Part shown: piece by piece, positions 1 through 11,081 of the stretch
Numbering within the stretch: the stretch's first letter is position 1
Layout of the letters: the number at the start of each line of letters is the position of its first letter
Source of the DNA: the human T2T-CHM13v2.0 reference genome, Homo sapiens
Assembly: GCF_009914755.1 (NCBI RefSeq)
Contig: NC_060944.1
Direction: 5' to 3' (one strand)
DNA length: 64,000 nucleotides
Notes under the pieces: generated by a model
What the model saw: only the letters and a program-made list of their open reading frames with translations
What the model was told of the DNA's origin: nothing
Databases searched by the model: none
Position numbers and translations under genes: made by a program

Positions 1-332
1 AACGGGAATGGCTTCATATAAACTCTAGACAGAAGCATTCTCAGAAACTTCGTTGGGATGTTTCGATTGAAGTCCCAGTGTTGAACATTCCCTTTTATAG
101 AGCAGATTGGAAACACTCTTTCTGCATTCCCTGGAAGTGGACATTTGGAGCGCTTTCAGGACGACGGTGAAAATGGAAATATCTTCCAAGAAAATATAGA
201 TAGAAGCAATGTCAGAAACTTTTATGTGATGGATCTACTCAGCTAACAGAGTTGAACCTTTCTTTTGAGAGAGCAGTTTTGCAACACTCTTTTTGTGGAA
301 TATGCAAGTGGATATTAGGGCAGCTTTGAGGA

Positions 333-349
333 TTTCGTTGGAAACGGGA
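333..349 (+). promoter_or_regulatory. CENP-B box (representative; recurs in M1, M3, M5, M7, M11, M13, M15 of each HOR)
   Basis: TTTCGTTGGAAACGGGA matches the 17-bp CENP-B box with core nTTCGnnnnAnnCGGGn. Further copies at 671, 1009, 1351, 2031 and onward. Confidence 0.96.
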
Positions 350-1688
350 ATACATGTAAAAAGCAGACAGCAGCATTCTCAGAAACTTCTTTGTGATGTT
401 TGCATTGAAGTCACAGAGTTGAACATTCCCTTTGAGAGAGCAGGTTTGAAACACGCCTTTTGTCATATCTGGAAGTGTCCATTCGGAGCGCATTCAGGCT
501 TGTGTTGAAAAAGGAAATATCCTCCCATAAAAACTAGACAGAAGCATTCTCAGAAACTTATTTGTGATGTATGTACTCAACTAACAGAACTAAACCATCG
601 TTTTGAAGGAGCAGTTTTGAAACACTCTTTTTGCGGAATCTGCAAGTGGATATTTGGCTAGCTGGGAGGATTTCGTTGGAAACGGGATTACATACAAAAA
701 GCAGACAGCAGCATTCTCAGAAACTTCTTTGTGATGTTTGCATTCAAGTCACAGAGTTGAACATTCCCTTTCATAGAGCAGGTTTGAAACACTCTTTTTG
801 TAGTATCTGGATGTGGACATTTGGATCGCTTTCAGGACTATGGTGAAAAAGGAAATATCTTCCCATGAAAACTAGACAGAAGCATTCTCAGAAACTTATT
901 TGTGATGTGTGCCCTCAACTGACAGTGTTGAACCTTTGTTTTGATAGAGCAGTTCTGAAACACACTTTTTGTAAAATCTGCAAGAGGATATTTGGATAGC
1001 TTTGAGGATTTCGTTGGAAACGGGAATGTCTTCATGTAAACTCTGGACAGAAGCATTCTCAGAAACTGCTTTGGGATGTTTCAATTGAAGTCCCAGTGTT
1101 GAACATTCCCTTTCATAGAGCAGGTTTGAAACACTCTTTTTGTACTATCTGGAAGTGGACATTTGGAGCGCTTTCAGGTCTACGGTGAAAAAGGAGATAT
1201 CTTCCAATAAAAACTAGATAGAAGCAATGTCAGAACTTTTTTCATGATGTATCTACTCAGCAAACAGAGTTGAACCTTTCTTTTGAGAGAGCAGTTTTGA
1301 AACACTCTTTTTGTGGAATATGCAAGTGGGTATTAGGCCAGCTTGGAGGATTTCGTTGGAAACGGGAATACGTATAAAAAGCAGACAGCAGCATTGTCAG
1401 AAACTACTTTGTGATGTTTGCATTCAAGTCACAGAATTGAACACTCCCTTTCACAGAGCAGGTTTGAAACACTCTTTTTGTAGTGTCTGTAAGTGAACAT
1501 TTGGATTGCTTTCAGGCCTAAGGTGAAAAAGGAAATATCTTCCCATAAAAACTAGACAGAAGCATTCTCAGAAACTTGTTTGTGATGTGTGCCCTCTACT
1601 GACAGAGTTGAACCTTTCTTTGCAAAGAGCAGTTTTGAAACACTCTTTTTGTAGAATCTGCAAGAGGATATTTGGATAGCTTTGAGGA

Positions 1689-1705
1689 TTTCTTGGGAAA
1701 CGGGA
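1689..1705 (+). promoter_or_regulatory. Degenerate CENP-B box of monomer M9 (fixed in all copies)
   Basis: TTTCTTGGGAAACGGGA: the core TTCG is changed to TTCT, so it is predicted not to bind. Confidence 0.88.
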
Positions 1706-3214
1706 ATGTCTTCAGATAAACTCTAGACAGAAGCATTCTCAGAAACTTCTTTGGGATGTTTCAATTGAAGTCACAGTGTTGAACATTCCCTTTCACAGAG
1801 CAGGTTTGAAACACTCTTTTTGTAGTGTCTATAAGTGAACATTTGGCGTGCTTTCAGGCCTAACGTGAAAAAGGAAATATCTTCCCATAAAAACTAGACA
1901 GAAGCATTCTCAGAAACTTGTTCGTGATGTGTGCCCTCTACTGACAGAGTTGAACCTTTCTTTGCAAAGAGCAGCTTTGAAACACACTTTTTGTAGAATC
2001 TGCAAGAGGATATTTGGATAGCTTGGAGGATTTCGTTGGAAACGGGTATGTCTTCAGATAAACTCTAGACAGAAGCATTCTCAGAAACTTCTTTGGGATG
2101 TTGCATTCAAGTCACAGAGTAGAACATTCCCATTCATAGAGCAGATTTGAAACACTCTTTTTGTAGTATCTGGAAGTGGACATTTGGAGCGCTTTCAGGC
2201 CTATGTTGAAAAAGGAAATATCTTCCAATAAAAACTAGACGGAAGCATTCTCAGAAACTTATTTGTGATGTGTTTGCTCAACTAACAGGATTGAACCATC
2301 GTTTTGAAGGAGCAGTTTTGAAACACTGTTTTCGTGGAATCTGCAAGTGGATATTTGGCTAGCTTTGAGGATTTCGTTGGAAACGGGATTACATATAAAA
2401 AGGAGACAGCAGCATTCTCAGAAACTTCTTTGTGATGTCTGCATTCAATTCACAGAGTTGAGCATTCCCTTTCATAGAGCAGGTTGGAAACACTCTTTCT
2501 GCATTCCCTGGAAGTGGACATTTGGAGCGCTTTCAGGACGACGGTGAAAATGGAAATATCTTCCAAGAAAATCTAGATAGAAGCAATGTCAGAAACTTTT
2601 ATGTGATGGATCTACTCAGCTAACAGAGTTGAACCTTTCTTTTGAGAGAGCAGTTTTGCAACACTCTTTTTGTGGAATATGCAAGTGGATATTAGGGCAG
2701 CTTTGAGGATTTCGTTGGAAACGGGAATACATGTAAAAAGCAGACAGCAGCATTCTCAGAAACTTCTTTGTGATGTTTGCATTGAAGTCACAGAGTTGAA
2801 CATTCCCTTTGAGAGAGCAGGTTTGAAACACGCCTTTTGTCATATCTGGAAGTGTCCATTCGGAGCGCATTCAGGCTTGTGTTGAAAAAGGAAATATCCT
2901 CCCATAAAAACTAGACAGAAGCATTCTCAGAAACTTATCTGTGATGTATGTACTCAACTAACAGAACTAAACCATCGTTTTGAAGGAGCAGTTTTGAAAC
3001 ACTCTTTTTGCGGAATCTGCAAGTGGATATTTGGCTAGCTGGGAGGATTTCGTTGGAAACGGGATTACATACAAAAAGCAGAGAGCAGCATTCTCAGAAA
3101 CTTCTTTGTGATGTTTGCATTCAAGTCACAGAGTTGAACATTCCCTTTCATAGAGCAGGTTTGAAACACTCTTTTTGTAGTATCTGGATGTGGACATTTG
3201 GATCGCTTTCAGGC

Positions 3215-3231
3215 CTATGGTGAAAAAGGAA
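3215..3231 (+). promoter_or_regulatory. pJalpha/A-box motif in A-type monomer M4 (representative)
   Basis: CTATGGTGAAAAAGGAA sits at the position homologous to the CENP-B box and is the reverse complement of the pJalpha motif TTCCTTTTYCACCRTAG. Variants occur in the other even monomers. Confidence 0.75.
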
Positions 3232-5086
3232 ATATCTTCCCATGAAGACTAGACAGAAGCATTCTCAGAAACTTATTTGTGATGTGTGCCCTCAACTGAC
3301 AGTGTTGAACCTTTGTTTTGATAGAGCAGTTCTGAAACACACTTTTTGTAAAATCTGCAAGAGGATATTTGGATAGCTTTGAGGATTTCTTTGGAAACGG
3401 GAATGTCTTCATGTAAACTCTAGACAGAAGCATTCTCAGAAACTGCTTTGGGATGTTTCAATTGAAGTCCCAGTGTTGAACATTCCCATTCATAGAGCAG
3501 GTTTGAAACACTCTTTTTGTACTATCTGGAAGTGGACATTTGGAGCGCTTTCAGGTCTACGGTGAAAAAGGAGATATCTTCCAATAAAAACTAGATAGAA
3601 GCAATGTCAGAACTTTTTTCATGATGTATCTACTCAGCAAACAGAGTTGAACCTTTCTTTTGAGAGAGCAGTTTTGAAACACTCTTTTTGTGGAATATGC
3701 AAGTGGGTATTAGGCCAGCTTGGAGGATTTCGTTGGAAACGGGAATACGTATAAAAAGCAGACAGCAGCATTGTCAGAAACTACTTTGTGATGTTTGCAT
3801 TCAAGTCACAGAATTGAACACTCCCTTTCACAGAGCAGGTTTGAAACACTCTTTTTGTAGTGTCTGTAAGTGAACATTTGGATTGCTTTCAGGCCTAAGG
3901 TGAAAAAGGAAATATTTTCCCATAAAAACTAGACAGAAGCATTCTCAGAAACTTGTTTGTGATGTGTGCCCTCTACTGACAGAGTTGAAGCTTTCTTTGC
4001 AAAGAGCAGTTTTGAAACACTCTTTTTGTAGAATCTGCAAGAGGATATTTGGATAGCTTTGAGGATTTCTTGGGAAACGGGAATGTCTTCAGATAAACTC
4101 TAGACAGAAGCATTCTCAGAAACTTCTTTGGGATGTTTCAATTGAAGTCACAGTGTTGAACATTCCCTTTCACAGAGCAGGTTTGAAACACTCTTTTTGT
4201 AGTGTCTATAAGTGAACATTTGGCGTGCTTTCAGGCCTAACGTGAAAAAGGAAATATCTTCCCATAAAAACTAGACAGAAGCATTCTCAGAAACTTGTTC
4301 TTGATGTGTCCCCTCTACTGACAGAGTTGAACCTTTCTTTGCAAAGAGCAGCTTTGAAACACTCTTTTTGTAGAATCTGCAAGAGGATATTTGGATAGCT
4401 TTGAGGATTTCGTTGGAAACGGGTATGTCTTCAGATAAACTCTAGACAGAAGCATTCTCAGAAACTTCTTTGGGATGTTGCATTCAAGTCACAGAGTAGA
4501 ACATTCCCATTCATAGAGCAGATTTGAAACACTCTTTTTGTAGTATCTGGAAGTGGACATTTGGAGCGCTTTCAGGCCTATGTTGAAAAAGGAAATATCT
4601 TCCCATAAAAACTAGACGGAAGCATTCTCAGAAACTTATTTGTGATGTGTTTGCTCAACTAACAGGATTGAACCATCGTTTTGAAGGAGCAGTTTTGAAA
4701 CACTGTTTTCGTGGAATCTGCAAGTGGATATTTGGCTAGCTTTGAGGATTTCGTTGGAAACGGGATTACATATAAAAAGGAGACAGCAGCATTCTCAGAA
4801 ACTTCTTTGTGATGTCTGCATTCAATTCACAGAGTTGAGCATTCCCTTTCATAGAGCAGGTTGGAAACACTCTTTTTGTAGTATCTGGATGAGGACATTT
4901 GGAGCGCTTTCAGGCGTATGGTGAAAAAGGAAATATCTTCCCGTAAAAACTAGACAGAAGCATTCTCAGAAGTTTATTTGTGATGTGTGCCCTCAACTAA
5001 CAGAGTTGAACCTTTCTTTTGATAGAGCAGTTTTGAAACACTCTTTTTGTAAAATCTGCAAGAGGATATTTGGATAGCTTTGAGGA

Positions 5087-5103
5087 TTTCGTTGCAAACG
5101 GGA
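5087..5103 (+). promoter_or_regulatory. Variant CENP-B box of M15 (TTTCGTTGCAAACGGGA), core intact
   Basis: G>C at a non-core position, present in every M15 copy. Confidence 0.8.
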
Positions 5104-8021
5104 ATGGCTTCATATAAACTCTAGACAGAAGCATTCTCAGAAACTTCGTTGGGATGTTTCGATTGAAGTCCCAGTGTTGAACATTCCCTTTTATAGAGCA
5201 GGTTGGAAACACTCTTTCTGCATTCCCTGGAAGTGGACATTTGGAGCGCTTTCAGGACGACGGTGAAAATGGAAATATCTTCCAAGAAAATCTAGATAGA
5301 AGCAACGTCAGAAACTTTTATGTGATGGATCTACTCAGCTAACAGAGTTGAACCTTTCTTTTGAGAGAGCAGTTTTGCAACACTCTTTTTGTGGAATATG
5401 CAAGTGGATATTAGGGCAGCTTTGAGGATTTCGTTGGAAACGGGAATACATGTAAAAAGCAGACAGCAGCATTCTCAGAAACTTCTTTGTGATGTTTGCA
5501 TTGAAGTCACAGAGTTGAACATTCCCTTTGAGAGAGCAGGTTTGAAACACGCCTTTTGTCATATCTGGAAGTGTCCATTCGGAGCGCATTCAGGCTTGTG
5601 TTGAAAAAGGAAATATCCTCCCATAAAAACTAGACAGAAGCATTCTCAGAAACTTATTTGTGATGTATGTACTCAACTAACAGAACTAAACCATCGTTTT
5701 GAAGGAGCAGTTTTGAAACACTCTTTTTGCGGAATCTGCAAGTGGATATTTGGCTAGCTGGGAGGATTTCGTTGGAAACGGGATTACATACAAAAAGCAG
5801 ACAGCAGCATTCTCAGAAACTTCTTTGTGATGTTTGCATTCAAGTCACAGAGTTGAACATTCCCTTTCATAGAGCAGGTTTGAAACACTCTTTTTGTAGT
5901 ATCTGGATGTGGACATTTGGATCGCTTTCAGGCCTATGGTGAAAAAGGAAATATCTTCCCATGAAGACTAGACAGAAGCATTCTCAGAAACTTATTTGTG
6001 ATGTGTGCCCTCAACTGACAGTGTTGAACCTTTGTTTTGATAGAGCAGTTCTGAAACACACTTTTTGTAAAATCTGCAAGAGGATATTTGGATAGCTTTG
6101 AGGATTTCGTTGGAAACGGGAATGTCTTCATGTAAACTCTAGACAGAAGCATTCTCAGAAACTGCTTTGGGATGTTTCAATTGAAGTCCCAGTGTTGAAC
6201 ATTCCCATTCATAGAGCAGGTTTGAAACACTCTTTTTGTACTATCTGGAAGTGGACATTTGGAGCGCTTTCAGGTCTACGGTGAAAAAGGAGATATCTTC
6301 CAATAAAAACTAGATAGAAGCAATGTCAGAACTTTTTTCATGATGTATCTACTCAGCAAACAGAGTTGAACCTTTCTTTTGAGAGAGCAGTTTTGAAACA
6401 CTCTTTTTGTGGAATATGCAAGTGGGTATTAGGCCAGCTTGGAGGATTTCGTTGGAAATGGGAATACGTATAAAAAGCAGACAGCAGCATTGTCAGAAAC
6501 TACTTTGTGATGTTTGCATTCAAGTCACAGAATTGAACACTCCCTTTCACAGAGCAGGTTTGAAACACTCTTTTTGTAGTGTCTGTAAGTGAACATTTGG
6601 ATTGCTTTCAGGCCTAAGGTGAAAAAGGAAATATCTTCCCATAAAAACTAGACAGAAGCATTCTCAGAAACTTGTTTGTGATGTGTGCCCTCTACTGACA
6701 GAGTTGAAGCTTTCTTTGCAAAGAGCGGTTTTGAAACACTCTTTTTGTAGAATCTGCAAGAGGATATTTGGATAGCTTTGAGGATTTCTTGGGAAACGGG
6801 AATGTCTTCAGATAAACTCTAGACAGAAGCATTCTCAGAAACTTCTTTGGGATGTTTCAATTGAAGTCACAGTGTTGAACATTCCCTTTCACAGAGCAGG
6901 TTTGAAACACTCTTTTTGTAGTGTCTATAAGTGAACATTTGGCGTGCTTTCAGGCCTAACGTGAAAAAGGAAATATCTTCCCATAAAAACTAGACAGAAG
7001 CATTCTCAGAAACTTGTTCTTGATGTGTCCCCTCTACTGACAGAGTTGAACCTTTCTTTGCAAAGAGCAGCTTTGAAACACTCTTTTCGTAGAATCTGCA
7101 AGAGGATATTTGGATAGCTTGGAGGATTTCGTTGGAAACGGGTATGTCTTCAGATAAACTCTAGACAGAAGCATTCTCAGAAACTTCTTTGGGATGTTGC
7201 ATTCAAGTCACAGAGTAGAACATTCCCATTCATAGAGCAGATTTGAAACACTCTTTTTGTAGTATCTGGAAGTGGACATTTGGAGCGCTTTCAGGCCTAT
7301 GTTGAAAAAGGAAGTATCTTCCCATAAAAACTAGACGGAAGCATTCTCAGAAACTTATTTGTGATGTGTTTGCTCAACTAACAGGATTGAACCATCGTTT
7401 TGAAGGAGCAGTTTTGAAACACTGTTTTCGTGGAATCTGCAAGTGGATATTTGGCTAGCTTTGAGGATTTCGTTGGAAACGGGATTACATATAAAAAGGA
7501 GACAGCAGCATTCTCAGAAACTTCTTTGTGATGTCTGCATTCAATTCACAGAGTTGAGCATTCCCTTTCATAGAGCAGGTTGGAAACACTCTTTTTGTAG
7601 TATCTGGATGAGGACATTTGGAGCGCTTTCAGGCGTATGGTGAAAAAGGAAATATCTTCCCGTAAAAACTAGACAGAAGCATTCTCAGAAGTTTATTTGT
7701 GATGTGTGCCCTCAACTAACAGAGTTGAACCTTTCTTTTGATAGAGCAGTTTTGAAACACTCTTTTTGTAAAATCTGCAAGAGGATATTTGGATAGTTTT
7801 GAGGATTTCGTTGCAAACGGGAATGGCTTCATATAAACTCTAGACAGAAGCATTCTCAGAAACTTCGTTGGGATGTTTCGATTGAAGTCCCAGTGTTGAA
7901 CATTCCCTTTTATAGAGCAGGTTGGAAACACTCTTTCTGCATTCCCTGGAAGTGGACATTTGGAGCGCTTTCAGGACGACGGTGAAAATGGAAATATCTT
8001 CCAAGAAAATCTAGATAGAAG

Positions 8022-11000
8022 CAATGTCAGAAACTTTTATGTGATGGATCTACTCAGCTAACAGAGTTGAACCTTTCTTTTGAGAGAGCAGTTTTGCAAC
8101 ACTCTTTTTGTGGAATATGCAAGTGGATATTAGGGCAGCTTTGAGGATTTCGTTGGAAACGGGAATACATGTAAAAAGCAGACAGCAGCATTCTCAGAAA
8201 CTTCTTTGTGATGTTTGCATTGAAGTCACAGAGTTGAACATTCCCTTTGAGAGAGCAGGTTTGAAACACGCCTTTTGTCATATCTGGAAGTGTCCATTCG
8301 GAGCGCATTCAGGCTTGTGTTGAAAAAGGAAATATCCTCCCAGAAAAACTAGACAGAAGCATTCTCAGAAACTTATCTGTGATGTATGTACTCAACTAAC
8401 AGAACTAAACCATCGTTTTGAAGGAGCAGTTTTGAAACACTCTTTTTGCGGAATCTGCAAGTGGATATTTGGCTAGCTGGGAGGATTTCGTTGGAAACGG
8501 GATTACATACAAAAAGCAGACAGCAGCATTCTCAGAAACTTCTTTGTGATGTTTGCATTCAAGTCACAGAGTTGAACATTCCCTTTCATAGAGCAGGTTT
8601 GAAACACTCTTTTTGTAGTATCTGGATGTGGACATTTGGATCGCTTTCAGGCCTATGGTGAAAAAGGAAATATCTTCCCATGAAAACTAGACAGAAGCAT
8701 TCTCAGAAACTTATTTGTGATGTGTGCCCTCAACTGACAGTGTTGAACCTTTGTTTTGATAGAGCAGTTCTGAAACACACTTTTTGTAAAATCTGCAAGA
8801 GGATATTTGGATAGCTTTGAGGATTTCGTTGGAAACGGGAATGTCTTCATGTAAACTCTGGACAGAAGCATTCTCAGAAACTGCTTTGGGATGTTTCAAT
8901 TGAAGTCCCAGTGTTGAACATTCCCTTTCATAGAGCAGGTTTGAAACACTCTTTTTGTACTATCTGGAAGTGGACATTTGGAGCGCTTTCAGGTCTACGG
9001 TGAAAAAGGAGATATCTTCCAATAAAAACTAGATAGAAGCAATGTCAGAACTTTTTTCATGATGTATCTACTCAGCAAACAGAGTTGAACCTTTCTTTTG
9101 AGAGAGCAGTTTTGAAACACTCTTTTTGTGGAATATGCAAGTGGGTATTAGGCCAGCTTGGAGGATTTCGTTGGAAACGGGAATACGTATAAAAAGCAGA
9201 CAGCAGCATTGTCAGAAACTACTTTGTGATGTTTGCATTCAAGTCACAGAATTGAACACTCCCTTTCACAGAGCAGGTTTGAAACACTCTTTTTGTAGTG
9301 TCTGTAAGTGAACATTTGGATTGCTTTCAGGCCTAAGGTGAAAAAGGAAATATCTTCCCATAAAAACTAGACAGAAGCATTCTCAGAAACTTGTTTGTGA
9401 TGTGTGCCCTCTACTGACAGAGTTGAACCTTTCTTTGCAAAGAGCAGTTTTGAAACACTCTTTTTGTAGAATCTGCAAGAGGATATTTGGATAGCTTTGA
9501 GGATTTCTTGGGAAACGGGAATGTCTTCAGATAAACTCTAGACAGAAGCATTCTCAGAAACTTCTTTGGGATGTTTCAATTGAAGTCACAGTGTTGAACA
9601 TTCCCTTTCACAGAGCAGGTTTGAAACACTCTTTTTGTAGTGTCTATAAGTGAACATTTGGCGTGCTTTCAGGCCTAACGTGAAAAAGGAAATATCTTCC
9701 CATAAAAACTAGACAGAAGCATTCTCAGAAACTTGTTCGTGATGTGTCCCCTCTACTGACAGAGTTGAACCTTTCTTTGCAAAGAGCAGCTTTGAAACAC
9801 ACTTTTTGTAGAATCTGCAAGAGGATATTTGGATAGCTTGGAGGATTTCGTTGGAAACGGGTATGTCTTCAGATAAACTCTAGACAGAAGCATTCTCAGA
9901 AACTTCTTTGGGATGTTGCATTCAAGTCACAGAGTAGAACATTCCCATTCATAGAGCAGATTTGAAACACTCTTTTTGTAGTATCTGGAAGTGGACATTT
10001 GGAGCGCTTTCAGGCCTATGTTGAAAAAGGAAATATCTTCCCATAAAAACTAGATGGAAGCATTCTCGGAAACTTGTTATTGATGTGTCCCCTCTACTGA
10101 CAGAGTTGAACCTTTCTTTGCAAAGAGCAGCTTTGAAACACTCTTTTTGTAGAATCTGCAAGAGGATATTTGGATAGCTTGGAGGATTTCGTTGGAAACG
10201 GGTATGTCTTCAGATAAACTCTAGACAGAAGCATTCTCAGAAACTTCTTTGGGATGTTGCATTCAAGTCACAGAGTAGAACATTCCCATTCATAGAGCAG
10301 ATTTGAAACACTCTTTTTGTAGTATCTGGAAGTGGACATTTGGAGCGCTTTCAGGCCTATGTTGAAAAAGGAAATATCTTCCCATAAAAACTAGACGGAA
10401 GCATTCTCAGAAACTTATTTGTGATGTGTTTGCTCAACTAACAGGATTGAACCATCGTTTTGAAGGAGCAGTTTTGAAACACTGTTTTCGTGGAATCTGC
10501 AAGTGGATATTTGGCTAGCTTTGAGGATTTCGTTGGAAACGGGATTACATATAAAAAGGAGACAGCAGCATTCTGAGAAACTTCTTTGTGATGTCTGCAT
10601 TCAATTCACAGAGTTGAGCATTCCCTTTCATAGAGCAGGTTGGAAACACTCTTTTTGTAGTATCTGGATGAGGACATTTGGAGCGCTTTCAGGCGTATGG
10701 TGAAAAAGGAAATATCTTCCCGTAAAAACTAGACAAAAGCATTCTCAGAAGTTTATTTGTGATGTGTGCCCTCAACTAACAGAGTTGAACCTTTCTTTTG
10801 ATAGAGCAGTTTTGAAACACTCTTTTTGTAAAATCTGCAAGAGGATATTTGGATAGCTTTGAGGATTTCGTTGCAAACGGGAATGGCTTCATATAAACTC
10901 TAGACAGAAGCATTCTCAGAAACTTCGTTGGGATGTTTCGATTGAAGTCCCAGTGTTGAACATTCCCTTTTATAGAGCAGGTTGGAAACACTCTTTCTGC

Positions 11001-11081
11001 ATTCCCTGGAAGTGGACATTTGGAGCGCTTTCAGGACGACGGTGAAAATGGAAATATCTTCCAAGAAAATCTAGATAGAAG
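8022..11081 (+). repeat. 18-mer HOR variant (3060 bp; extra M11-M12 dimer)
   Basis: Spacing 8108->11168 = 3060. After M12 the sequence re-enters M11 (AAACTTGTTATTGATGTGTCCCC) at ~10076. Confidence 0.93.

Larger units (their letters stand above)
207..2583 (+). repeat. 14-mer HOR variant (2377 bp; 342-bp deletion, M14/M16 chimeric monomer)
   Basis: Marker ORF spacing 293->2670 = 2377. Sequence switches from M14 (GAGCATTCCCTTTCATAG) to M16 (CTTTCTGCATTCCCTGG) across a shared tract at 2474-2498. Confidence 0.93.
2584..8021 (+). repeat. Two canonical 16-mer HORs (2584-5302, 5303-8021)
   Basis: Marker spacings 2670->5389->8108 are 2719 each. Confidence 0.95.

Noticed and set aside
500-560. Phased A/T tracts and short dyads (e.g. 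GGAAATATCTTCC) as novel structural elements or terminators
   Set aside because: These are generic features of every alphoid monomer and nothing specific to this window.
2584-5302. Assignment to chr17 D17Z1, also a ~2.7-kb 16-mer
   Set aside because: D17Z1 is pentameric (SF3), whereas this array alternates strictly as a dimer with a box in every second monomer.
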